From Hydrolagus affinis (taxonomy: Eukaryota): a stretch of DNA of 64,000 nucleotides. Below, piece after piece: positions 14,196-26,215 of the stretch (position 1 is its first letter; each line of letters begins with the position of its first letter). Where the stretch lies: assembly GCA_012026655.1 (NCBI GenBank), contig JAAILG010000177.1, positions 1 to 64,000 on the forward strand, in the 5' to 3' direction. The position numbers and the translations under genes are program-made. The notes under the pieces are model-generated. The model worked only from the letters and a program-made list of their open reading frames with translations. It made no database searches and was not told the DNA's origin.

Positions 14196-14429
14196 AAACA
14201 ACCATATTATTTACTTAATTTACAGCACACACACATACACACATGTGTATTTACACATATAGACAAGCACTGAAGAGTTTCACAATTTAAGGGTAATGGC
14301 AAACCAGAAGACAGTGGGATTTGGGCTTTCACGGAGTGCATCTATTCCAGTGTTCAAACCATCTCCTACCAAAATCATTTGAAGTCATAACACAATCTAA
14401 TTATATTGACAGAAAAGGGGAATCAGAAT

Positions 14430-14632
14430 CTGTTATAATCCTTTGGTTTGATATAGTGGCTTATCACATCATCGAGACTTCTCAAAGCATACAAATAGCC
14501 ATGAAGTGAATGGTCATTTTTATTTGGGGGATTGTTGACACCAGGAGAAACTCGCTTCTCTTTTTGAAAATTGTTATGGGATTTTTAATGTCCCCCTGAA
14601 CAGCCAGATGAGATCTTGGTTTAATGGCTCGT
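14430..14632 (-). mobile_element. Old DeuSINE-like fragment
   Basis: atgggatttttaatgtcc...ttggtttaatg Deu-like motif plus degraded tail. Confidence 0.55.
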
Positions 14633-15099
14633 AGGGGAAACAAAAATTGCCAAATCTTCCATGGAAAGTGTTAACAAATGGCCTTTTCTGATTTTAAGGT
14701 CTTCCAGAATTGGAGAATGTTATCTTAATTCACCCTGGGATTTCACAGCGCTTTTATTCCAGAGCTTTGCTCTACTGCTGTGCTGCTCGGGTTTGATACG
14801 GGGAACTCCAAACAGAATTTCCTGTTATTGTTGTGCATCTCTGATTAAAGAAATATCTGGTGCAATAAAACTGAGAACATCCTTGGAGATTTGTTTTGTT
14901 CTTTTTTAAAAAAAAACACACACACAGGCTGATGAAATGCTGAGGAAACCCAAGAATTGAAAGTAATTCACTCTCCACGCAATCCCTCCAATCTATTGAA
15001 AAATTATAATTTCAGCTATTTTTACCTTTTTAAAAAAAAATAGGCAGCACTTACATTCAGATATTCCCTCACATCATATATCATGTAGAGAAACTGCTC

Positions 15100-15812
15100 G
15101 ATCAATGACACTTCTGCGGGATTTAAACAGCCTTTGCCCCAGTTTAATCACATCACAAGGCATCCTAATTGACTTAGACCATTCTTCTCTCTCAGCGCTT
15201 TAAACTGCTGCTTAGTCTGCTTTGCCTGGGATGACATTTGCTTTTTGACCCCTTTTCAGTAAAAAAAAGTGGAAAGGCAAGTAAGGGGCCGTTAAAGCTT
15301 GAAAACAAAGTCCTTTGTTGCCTCCTCATTCCTTCAGCAAGGGAATGTGTCTGCCTTATAGAAAAGGAACAACTGGGTCTACAGGCTGCAGGCACTTCTC
15401 CTGGGAAATAAAAATCTCGATACTTTATTTAATGTACGTTTTCCTGAATTTCATGCTTGCATTTCCTCGAGGCAGATGGGGATCTTGCAAAGCAAGGGAC
15501 AGTGCTGCTAAGTCTGCGTTTAGCTGTATGTAGGACCAGCTGCTGTTTAGAGTTTTGGTAGCTGCCTTCCTGTGTTAATCTGATTTACTCGTTTGAGGGC
15601 TGACCTCATCATCCTGTCAGTGTGGTATCCCACCTACACAGTTAACAGCAGCTCAGTATTTGCTCAGAGAGCTGGCAGTGCTCCACACTGCTCAGAGACG
15701 AAAGGTTTGTTCTTTTCGCTTTCTACAGTGAAGGGATTTGGTGCAGAGGAAAACGCCAGCGCTAAAAGCAAGCAAGCTATCTTACATCTACGAGTTAAAT
15801 ATCATTTGGACA
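15100..15812 (+). promoter_or_regulatory. Probable KLHL4 proximal promoter and 5' UTR
   Basis: Unique, repeat-free sequence directly upstream of the ATG. No CpG island; the TSS cannot be placed from sequence. Confidence 0.45.
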
Positions 15813-16225
15813 ATGATGTCAGTGTCTGGGAGGAAGGAGTTTGATATGAAGCAGATTCTGAGGCTGAGGTGGAAATGGTTCAGTCACCCCTCGCAGAGTT
15901 CTTCTGGAAACAGTGGCTGTCTCCAGCAGGAGGGAATTGAGCACCGTAACATGGGTCAGAACAGGTTGAAGAGCCATTCTCGGGATAGAGGTGGACTCAA
16001 GAAAAACAGCAGCCCCGTAAACAGTTTACTGGCACCTGCGCCTGGTCCAGTTTACAGCAGAGGTGACAGTCAGTCATGGCATCAGCAGAATACAGTGGCA
16101 CACACACCAGAGAATGAAGGACTCTCTAAAATCTCGACACAAGAGAATACGATTAAAGAAGAAAAGGAAAATAAGGAGGCAGTGGAATCAGGCACTGTTG
16201 ATCTTACAGAAGAACCTGCAGAGAG
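15813..16225 (+). CDS. KLHL4: Kelch-like protein 4, coding exon 1 (ATG at 15813 or 15816)
   Basis: Translates [26 protein letters not shown]...[19 protein letters not shown]...LAPAPGP, the N-terminus typical of KLHL4. Ends at AG|GTAGGA (phase 2), matching exon 2. Confidence 0.9.
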
Positions 16226-17152
16226 GTAGGAATTTCTAATAAGAAGCATTATTAACGGTACTTAAAAAAAACTGTCATCACTGAAAAAGATTAAAACAAA
16301 AATAATTCAATGAAATAGTGTGACCATAATTGAAGAATTTGCATGATCTTCACAAAGAATTTGCATGATCTTTACATACAGTTCTGTATTCTGTTTTGAG
16401 TGCCTTTGACCGATTGCCTGCCTGTTAAGATTTATTTCTTCCAGTGAAAGATTAGAATGTGTGTGGATAATTTTGCTTGCTGTCACATGTTTATTCACTC
16501 ATTAGGAAAAACGTGCAAATCTATGCTTCAACTCCATACCCAGAGTTCTGTGTAGCTTGTTAAGACTGATTTCCCAGCCAGAGACACACTTCAGTTTGCA
16601 GTACAGTCGGCAGAACAGACGAATAATTTATTTGAGGTTATATTTAAAACCAGTCTCATGTTTATTCAACGCTTCGTTTACTGACACTTGTTAAAAAGCA
16701 GATTTCTTTTTTGTTATTGCTTCCCAGCCTTGTCGATGAAAATGTCTCTCATTCCCCCACCCCAAAGTGTACAATGGAGTATAATTTCTAAAAGAGAAAA
16801 GATATCTGTGATTTGTAGAAGGATGAGTCAGAAATGAACTTTGGGATTGCTACACAGTCTCCTAACTCAGTTCCCACTTCTGTGAATTCATAGCATAGAA
16901 TTCCATCCAGTCGGCCGTGACACATCTTGGATTTACAATCTACTATTTACTAATCCTTGTGAGAATCTCACCATTTAGAGATTTAATGCATTTAACCAAC
17001 TCCCAAAATGAGCTGGGCACTGCTATGCGTTCTTTGATATCAAGATCAAAATGTTGATCTGTAGACTCTAATTTCCCTCCCTTGCCGCCACTTCCTAATG
17101 CTGAAAATGTACAGTGGAAGTTGGTGTGGGCACACAGAGGATTACGGCAAGA

Positions 17153-17540
17153 TAATGATCCTTGCATTTGATATAGGACCTTTCACATCAAGAGGATGTC
17201 TGAAAGTGGTTCACATGATTCTCTGTGGATACTGTCTACATTGTCAATGAATTTAGCAGCCATTGCGCGTAGCAGCAATTTCCCACAAAACAGCCATGAA
17301 ATAAACGACCATTCTTTCTTATTTGGGCATTATTGGCCAGGACCCCTGGTTGGTGTCAGAGAAAACCCCCTTCTTTTCAAATAGTGGCATGGGATGTTTA
17401 ACGTCTACTTAAACAAGTAAATGAGACCAAGGTGACTTCTCATACGTAGGGCAGCACTTACAACAATGCAACCCACCCCCATCATTATGTTAACTCAGAC
17501 TGTGAACTCAATATCCCAACATGGAACTTCAACCCACAAC
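17153..17540 (-). mobile_element. Old SacSINE1/DeuSINE-like element
   Basis: Reverse complement of the architecture seen at 20032-20482. Confidence 0.7.
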
Positions 17541-17836
17541 ATATCAGCAAAATGGCTCAAAGCGTTCAGGTAATTGCTGTCAGGGCTAACAAGTGTGTAT
17601 TTGAAGACAAATTGATTTGGCAAGAATGCAAATCAACCATGAAATGATTGACCGATTTTTCTGGACAATTGTTGGTACGACACTGGGTGAAACTCCCGAC
17701 TTTTTTAAACTAGCATCATTGGATTTTTAACTCTCACCTGGACTGACAGTATCAGGTTGGTCTGTGAACTCTGGTCTTAAGCGACATGGGAGAGACTGTT
17801 ATGTGAAGAAGGAATAAACAAGAAGTTGAATGTGAT

Positions 17837-18161
17837 GAGTCCTGAAGCTCAGTGGCTAGAGCACTCGCCTTACAAGCGTGAACCTGTGTTCAAATCCAGG
17901 TTTGGCAAAACCTTGGGCAAGTTTCCTTGCTCCACATGCCTGATAATAATCACTCAAAAACCCCCAATAATAAATTGGTTATTTCAATCCACGACTGTTT
18001 GTGGATCACTGCTGTGCGCAATTGGCTGCCACGTTTTGCCCACAATTATACAGTCAGTTTCCTTTACAATGTATTCTGTGAAGCGCTTTGAAATATCTAG
18101 AAGACGTGAAAAAAAGCTACATCAAATGCTAGGATTATTATTATTATTATTATTATTATTA
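17837..18161 (+). mobile_element. Young tRNA-SINE, full length, with expanded (TTA)n tail
   Basis: gctcagtggctagagcactcgccttacaagc head; ends in ~9 TTA units. Confidence 0.9.
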
Positions 18162-19613
18162 TGAGCTCTGACCAGCACACCTTGCATTTGTTTTCTCCAA
18201 TTAAATAATTGATACTAATTCAAAACCTTTGGTTAAGACAGCATAAGCACAATGGAAATTCACTCTGTGTGATGATAGAGCAGAGAGAAATAATCCTTGT
18301 TGCCAAGATATTTATTTTTAGTCCAAAAGGAGAGAGCTGTATACTCTCATTTAGTTTTAATTAATTCTGTACCTTTGGAACTGTTCATTATCTTAGTGCT
18401 CAGTGACAGTGAGAACACTGCACTGGCAAAGACAAAGGGTGGATGGCTTAGAGTATTTATGTGAATTTACTGCTAACATAGCACTCCCACCTGCCTGCCA
18501 GATAAATCCAGGTGACAAAGTCTCAATTCACAGAGTCAAAGTGAATCTTTAATTTAGTGGAAAACATTTTATTTGTTACCCGCATTTTATGGCTACTTTC
18601 TCCTGTTTTAGGTCCCTTGGTGCCATGTGCACCACTTCTCAGCCAAAGATGCCAGACGCTGATCATTGCCGCATTTGGCTGTGCTGTTCTGTAAGCTAGG
18701 CAGCTGTGCAGTGTTGGAGTTTGGTCTGGATTGACTGAGCCTCTTTCTCCCTCTGTGTGAACTTCTCCAGTGATATGCTTCCCCTCCGTCACTCCCCCAC
18801 TCCCTAATAAGTTGGATGAGGTGAGCCACTCAGGGCACCAGAAACTATGGCCAAAGGATTTGATCCTTACCAAACTGTAATCACTGCAGTATCAGAGTGC
18901 AAGGCCAGTAGCATGGAAATCCTAATGGCCCAAATTACCAACTCTCCAAATTATATGGTATGGTTCTGTGAGCAAAGCCAGTGGGAACCCTTCCCCCAAA
19001 CACCAGGAAATATACACTGAAGGCGCGTTGAAGCTTGAATCACTTATAGTCATCTTGACAGATCGATCTATTTCACTGCTGATAATACTATACAACCCAT
19101 GAGTTAAACATGATAATTTTGCACTGTATCTAATACGCAGTTTCATCTTTAAAAAGGCCTGAACAAAGATAGTGAATAAAAGGACATCTGTTAATCAGGA
19201 TAGTGCAAGTCCCAGAATAACTCCCTCCTTCCTTCTGTGGTGCAACTGTCTGTGGTGCAACTGTGATGCAATGGGCTCTAATACACTGAGTACAGTGTGG
19301 TTCTCCTCTGTCAATTGCTTCTTTAGTTTTGAAGGTTTAGTAAGTGCTCTAATTTTTCTTTAGAAAGGATGAAATATAGAGTGGGTGGCAAATTCTTACA
19401 AACTAACCTATTCTCCCACGTGGGTAGTAAATTAGATGGTAAACCGACCAACCACACCAATCACAAGAATGCCATGTGAAAATAATTCTAAGCCCGTGAA
19501 CGAAATGTGTAACAACATCTCATCTCATTGGCCGCAGCACCTTCGTAGAGTTTGCAGATTGATCAAACTGTTAAAGTGGCTGATTTTGCAGCACCAATTT
19601 TCTTAAAGGGGTA

Positions 19614-20000
19614 GTTCGCCTTCAAGGTCCTCCATGGCCTTGCCCTCTGCGATCTCCTAACTCCCTACCAACCTTTCCCATCATTCAGTGGGCTCCAGCC
19701 TGCTCCATGTTCCCCGAATCACTGGCCCCACTATCGGTGGGTGAGCTTGCAGCCACTCTGCCCCCAACCTTTGGATTCCATCCAGGAATCTCTCTGCCTT
19801 GCCCCCTCCCTAGCCTCCTTCAAGTCCTGCCTCAAGAGCCTCCTCTTTGTCCGTGCCATCGGTCACCCACTTCCACACTCTTCTTTCCATTCCCTGATTC
19901 CAATCACAGCTTCAGTCCAAAACATTGACTGTCCAGTGCCTTGGAATGTCCTCCCGATGTGATGGGTGCTATTCAAATGTAATTTTGTTATCATTATTGT
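19614..20000 (+). mobile_element. L2 3' end
   Basis: ccttcaaggtcctccatggccttgccc...ccttcaagtcctgcctcaaga...tail. Confidence 0.8.
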
Positions 20001-20031
20001 CCATGCCAATCAGATCGGATCGTATTTTAAG

Positions 20032-20482
20032 CTGGATCAGTTGGTAACTCTCTTACCTTGTGAGTCAGAAAGTAAAGAATTCAAGATCCAAGATGGGACT
20101 TTGAGCTCCAAGTCTAAGCTGACATTCCAGTGCAATGCTGGGGGAAATGCTGCATGGTGAGAGGTAACGTCCTTCTGATATGATATCAGACTGAGGTCCC
20201 ACCTGCCTGTTCTAATGGATGTTAAAGATCCTATAACATTATTTGGAAAAGCAAGGGAGTTTCTGCCTGTTCAACCAATTTTCTTGGTTTACAATCCTCC
20301 AGATAAAATTGGTCATGTTTAATGTCTGTTTATGGGATATTGCTGTGTGCACATTGCCTGTGTTCACCTACAAATACACGGTCATTGCAATCTACAGTAA
20401 CTACTGTGAAGTACAGTACTTTAAGATGTTTAGATAATATGATAATGAGCTATATCAAATGCAAGGGTGTCATTATCATTAT
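20032..20482 (+). mobile_element. Old SacSINE1/DeuSINE-like element, near full length
   Basis: cagttggta...gagtcagaa head; gctgacattccagtgcaatgctg and ggatgttaaagatcc Deu-like domain; same tail as the young SINE. Confidence 0.72.
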
Positions 20483-21129
20483 TGTTTAAATCAAACAGTG
20501 TGATAGGTAAGCAACATATAAATTCTTCAGAGATATCAGAATAGGTCAGATTTCCCATCAAAGGGTTAAATACGAGAGGCGTCAAAATAGTTTGGAACAG
20601 AACAGGATAATTCATTGAAATGGAAGCCTGCATTGAATTGTACTCATAAAATATTTGTACATTGCCCTTTTAGGATGTGTTGCGTTAGTGCCAGGGGCCT
20701 TTTCTGGAGATACGGTGGTAAGGGACCTTCTAAGAGATATGGTTCATTGGGACAAGCATGAAGGATTTAATGCTTGAGGCCGATTAATGTAGGGCTCATG
20801 GTGGCAGAAGTCCAAATGTGATCTACAGGGGATATTTTGTGAATCTTGAACACATCTTGTTCAATAATTCAAAGCAGGATATATGAATGTTTCTGCCCAT
20901 TTGTTAGAGGCCACACACTGCTCTTGCACTTAATGATATAAAGAAAATGAAACAAAAGTGCATCTTATATAACAGATGTTACAGCATGCATGAATATTTC
21001 ATTCAATTGCTTAGCATGAAAGAGAAAAGCTACAGCCAAAAGCTTGAACAGGCCACCACCAGCTCTCTGATTTATAGCTACATAAGATATGGGAGGTAGA
21101 AACAGTTCTCTTACAATACTAATAAACAA

Positions 21130-21485
21130 TATTCATTTGATAACAGTGCCTCATCACCTCAATGTCTTATTACATGGTGCTTCACAAGATTTACTGTAGA
21201 GTGAGTGTGTATTTAGTAAGTGAACAGCGAATTTGTTTACAGCAATGTCCCACAGATAGGCATGAAATGAATAATCAATCTTATTTGGCCAGGATCCTGG
21301 GAGAAAATCCCTTTTTTTTGTGTCACGCAATGGAATCTTTAACATCTAGATGAGGATCTCAGTTTAAGATCTCATCTGAAGGATTGCCTCTTCGACAATG
21401 CTGTAAAACACCTCCAGCATTGCATTGGAGTGTCAGCATTGACCACAAACTCAAACACCTGCTATGGGGCTTGAACCAACAACTT
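21130..21485 (-). mobile_element. Old SacSINE1/DeuSINE-like element
   Basis: ggaatctttaacatc, cagcattgcattggagtgtcagc and gggcttgaacc motifs. Confidence 0.7.
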
Positions 21486-22782
21486 TCAATAGAATATTAC
21501 TGTAGTTGGAATTCAAAAGTTTAATGAAACGGTTTTTCAAATACGTTACAATGATGGGCTAATGAACTTAACTGTAAAAGTAAAATGTTGAGCGGGCAGG
21601 TTGGTAGGGGTTTAGGAGGTCGCAGAAGTAGGAGGACATGGAGGATTTTCAAGGCAAGGACAAGGATCTTGAACTGTATCTTTTTTGCGAGAGTAAGTTA
21701 CCAATATAAACAACACAACAACAACAGATTTACATTTGATTATAACGGTTTTCATGTATGGAGGATGTCGCAAAATATCATCAACAAATGTTTCCAGTCT
21801 GTGGAAGGTATTCAAAAATTTCCCTATACATACAGTCAGTCACTACGGTTGACAGTATTCTGTGAAGCATTTTGAGATTTTGACTTTGTAGGTGCTATAT
21901 TTATTCTTTAAGGCATAAGTCATCCAGACTTAATCCAAACGAGAGACATTCAAGCTGGTTGACACGGCATTATTTGGATAGCACTGAAGTCTTCAAGCTT
22001 GAACACTTTTGATTGACATTCTAAGTTGACAATGAATGGTACCAAACCACATTGTTCTTTTCGTAGAAACACAGAACGAAACTCAGTTCAGCGCCTCCTC
22101 CCTGATTCACATAGAAGAACAATGAGTCCTGACCGAGCTCGGCACATTTTATTAAACTTAGAATGTCTTGAACAGAAAAGGCTTGTTCTTAAATTTTGTT
22201 TTAACTTCTATTTAAATTAATCCCCTTTAGTTGCTGATCAATAACTAAATAAATAAATAACTACTGCATTTTGAAATAGCAGCTATAATATTGAGGCATC
22301 TCAAAACACTTCACAAGTAGCTACACTAAAGTGTATTGATTGTGTATTTGTACAGTATATAGCAAACAATACTTTTTGGTAAGTGTTGTTCAGAATCAAT
22401 CTTAAGCTCCTGGTTGGTAATGGATTGGTAATGTAGTTTTGATTGCACACAGAGTGGTTAATGAATTGGTGTTAGAGAGACACAGGAGGAGTGTGAGTAT
22501 TAGCAAGAAATTATGGAAGACACCATAATCAGTAAATCGGTGGGATGAGAACACCACTGTTAGCACAAAATCTCAACATCAAAGCAAGAACGTCAGCCAA
22601 AGTTTTGAGAATGGCCCAAACCACAACATAACAGATATCAGTGAATGCCTGCCAGTGATAAATCACAGAAGAGAGGAAGAGAGAGATCAGCATGACATCA
22701 ATGATGAGAACTGCAGGACAGTCAACTTATGAATGATAAACCTGAAGAAACATGCAAGTAAGTCAAAAAGAGCATGAAGTAG

Positions 22783-22950
22783 AATAATAATCCTTGCATT
22801 TGTTATAGCGCTTTACACGTCTTCTGGACGTCTCAAAGCGCTTCACAGAATATACTGTAAAGTGAATTGACTGCATATGTGTGGGCGCAACACGGCAGTC
22901 AATTGTGCACAGCAGTGACCAACAAACAGTCGTGGATTGAATTGAAATAA
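22783..22950 (-). mobile_element. Young tRNA-SINE, 3' half
   Basis: Reverse complement of the family tail and central domain. Confidence 0.85.
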
Positions 22951-23359
22951 TTCAATTCCTAAGTGGTGAGTGAAGTACAATACTGTAAAGAGAGATGATA
23001 GACACACGACCAGCAGTCCATTGATGTGCTTTGATGGCAACCAAAAACTTTGAAATAGGAAGTGAACACATTCAATCTTTTCAAATTACAATGTGTATTG
23101 AAGGAGCTTATGTTTTCAAATCAAAATTTTGAATAGGGTTCTATCTGGTCAACAAATGATTACCTGTTAGGCTGGTGTTGAAGAGATGCAGCGATGCATT
23201 CGTTTTTCTATATTTCAAGATTAAAATTTAAGACCAATGGCAATCAGTTAACTTGTGAGTCAGCTTGGAGTGCTATAAATCAGAGTTTTGTGGAGAAGGA
23301 CAAACTCCCATATAACGGCCAAAAACAACAGTTAATGAAATACTATTTTATAAAGGTAT

Positions 23360-23560
23360 GGGCAGAAATTCCATTGTGGGTCTAGATTTACTCTATTTAT
23401 ATACCGTTTCAGAATGTGCAGAATATGGCACATTGTCAAATTCAGCCTTAACTTTGGATTTTCTGTACTTCTTAAAATTTAAGGCTGTATTTAAGATTTA
23501 TTTTCCAAATTCCGTACACTCTGGAATGTAAATCTGCACACACGTGGCATTCCCTCACCC
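23360..23560. mobile_element. Imperfect palindromic MITE-like element
   Basis: Left and right halves are degenerate inverted copies; a related copy lies at ~46291-46520. Confidence 0.55.
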
Positions 23561-24088
23561 CAGAATTGGTCTGGAAACAAATGTGAAATAAATGTTTATT
23601 TCCCCATCCATTGTACTGAAGCCATTTGAGTGGGAGGCCAAACCAAGAGAAAGCTCAAAAGGTTTAAAACCACCACAGCAATAAAATTACACTTCAGGAG
23701 GGCGTCCCAAGGCGCTGACAACAATTTTTATTACTAAAACTCCAAATTATTCATTAACTTTCCATTAAAAAAAGGCTTCAACTGAAGATGACATATTATG
23801 TGAGAACATAAACCATAGCTAAAAAAGGTACTTTAGGTGAGAATGCAACATTTCACAATACAGTACTGTAGATAACAAAGGCAAATTGGATTTATTGAAG
23901 CAGTCATGAAACATGATATTCTCCACTCCTACAAGTGCACACTTACTTTCAAAACAGACACACTAACTGTACAGATTTCACTATCGTGGATCAATGAAGA
24001 TCAATAGCAAAACAGATCTAAGAGGGGATCAGGTCAGAAATATAGTGATATAAAACCCTTCCTGTGAGTGGTTTGCAGAGATATGGTG

Positions 24089-24387
24089 GAGCCCTGTAGC
24101 TCAGTGGTTAGAGCACTCGCCTTACAAGCGAGAGACCTGGGTTCGATTCCAGGCAGGGCAAAACCTTGGGCAAGCTTCCTTACTCCACATGCCTAATAAT
24201 AATCCCTGTCCCAAAAAATGTGTCATTCCAATCCATGACTATTTGTGAGACCCGCTGTGTGCAATTGGCTGCCATGTTTCGCCCACAAAATATACAGTCA
24301 AATCACTTTACAGTATACTCTGTGAAGTGCTTTGAGATCTCCAGATGACGTGAAAAGCACTATATCAAATGCAAGGATTATTATTAC
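24089..24387 (+). mobile_element. Young tRNA-SINE, full length, best-preserved tRNA head
   Basis: Near-complete cloverleaf at 24091-24160 followed by the SINE body and tail. Confidence 0.92.
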
Positions 24388-25380
24388 TATATTGAGACTC
24401 TGTATAAATACTCAGCATTAGTATTCACTCTAGCAGGCTATTTCACTGCCACTAAATATGGTTTATTTTTGTCAGCAAAATTTCATTACCGCAATAACTC
24501 TATCAACAATTGAAACTCACAAAGCTCATTGGATATATTTTTGCACCCTGCAAACCATCCAACCAGCAAAGTATTAAACTTAATTTCCTGCTGCTCCCAG
24601 TTAATTGAGATCATATAATTCAGTCTGTGCACATTGTCCTGTACTGCATATTTATTGTGGAATGAATGGAAAATAACACTTGGCACTGGAACTATGACTG
24701 ATATTAGACCAATAATATTTTGATTATAATAGGGAGAGATGAAAGGAGCTTGCCGAAAATTCGTCTGTATTACAGAAGATAAGCTTTTCTAATTTAAAAT
24801 TAATGGGAGAAAAATTCTGATGAGCAGGGACACATAGTTCTCCATCAGCTTGTAAATGGCATTTGTGTTTCTCATTCTGGATGTCATTGCTTTCAGTGCT
24901 GATCTGCTATGAACACTGCTCCAATCTGTTCCTACCTTAAAGACAAGCTGCTAAACATGAACTTAAAATTTTACAACACGTGCCTGGGCAGACATATTTT
25001 ATAACTAGAATTTCACACCAATTGCCACCCAGCTGGAGAGCTCTATGGTAACACTAACACATTCCCATGACGTCTGCATTTGCATATTCAAAACCAATGA
25101 AAATTAGAAGCAATACAAAGTGTATATTTAGATCAGCTATTTGAGAGAAGCAGGAAAATCTAAACACTTGTGTTAATATTAAGGTAAAAATAAGTCAAGT
25201 GCAACTTATTTTCAGTTACCATGGACTACGCTACTAGATAACAATATCTACTGCTAGTTAACATGCTGTTATGACACTTCATAAAGGTGTATAATCTCCC
25301 CTTCCTCACTCTATGCACACACACTGCACTCTTTCTGACCAGTCAGTTGAATTGGTGTAGCCCAAGGACATAGATAACAA

Positions 25381-25605
25381 CAAAAACAGAAGTTGCTGGG
25401 GAAACTCAGCGGGTCAGAAAGCAACCATGGAGAAAGGAAAAGGAGTCAACGTTTCGGATCTACAACCCTTCGTCAGATGAGGGGTTGTAGACCCGAAACA
25501 TTGACTCCTTTTCCTTTCTCCATGGATGGTGTCTGACCTGCTGAGTTTCCCCAGCAACTTCTGTTTTTGTTTCAGATTCCCAGTATCTATAGTATTTTGT
25601 GTTTT
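25381..25605. mobile_element. Palindromic Penelope-like insertion with a 14-bp TSD
   Basis: Inverted arms span 25379-25571; GACATAGATAACAA is repeated at 25367-25380 and 25606-25619. Confidence 0.85.
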
Positions 25606-25937
25606 GACATAGATAACAATTTGCTCAGAATTGATCCACCATGCACCAAATGTCCTCTGGCACAGCTCTGTTTGTGTCATCATTTCCCCTCCTCCCACCC
25701 ACCCAGATTTTTGTTTTGTCAGACAAGTGGGTGTCTGACACATGCAGAAAACCATCACCATGTTTAAGAGTATCCAAACCAGACAGAAATCCACACATTT
25801 ACAGTATTCAGAAACTATCCGTACAAAGTAAACCAGAGTGCCATTTGAGATTGAGACTTGAACTCAGAATTACTGGTTGGAAAGCATTGTAGCTGATAGG
25901 TTACATCTAGTGTAACCTTTTGTATTTTCACCTCTTA

Positions 25938-26215
25938 TAATAATAATAATCATCCTTGCATTTGATATAGCGCTTTTCACGTCTTCTAAAGGTCTCAAAG
26001 CGCTTCACAGAATATAGTATAAAGTGAGTTGACTATATATTTGTGGGCGAAACACAGCAGCCAATTGCGCACAAACAGTTGTGGATTGAAATTTTTGAGG
26101 GATTATTATGAGATGTGTGGAGCAAGGAAACTTGCCCAAGGTTTCGCCCTGCCTGGAATTGAACCGGGGTCGCTCACTTGTAAGGCGAGTGCTCTAACTA
26201 CTGAGCTACAGGACT
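25938..26215 (-). mobile_element. Young tRNA-SINE, full length
   Basis: Family head and tail on the minus strand, with small internal deletions. Confidence 0.9.

Noticed and set aside
588-15533. Numerous 60-130 aa ORFs upstream of the gene
   Set aside because: No recognisable domains; many have non-ATG starts or fall in SINE/L2 repeats, as expected by chance.
24091-24160. Genuine tRNA-Val(TAC) genes, here and at the other SINE heads
   Set aside because: Each head continues into the SINE body without a poly-T terminator, the T arm is defective, and the copies are dispersed and diverged.
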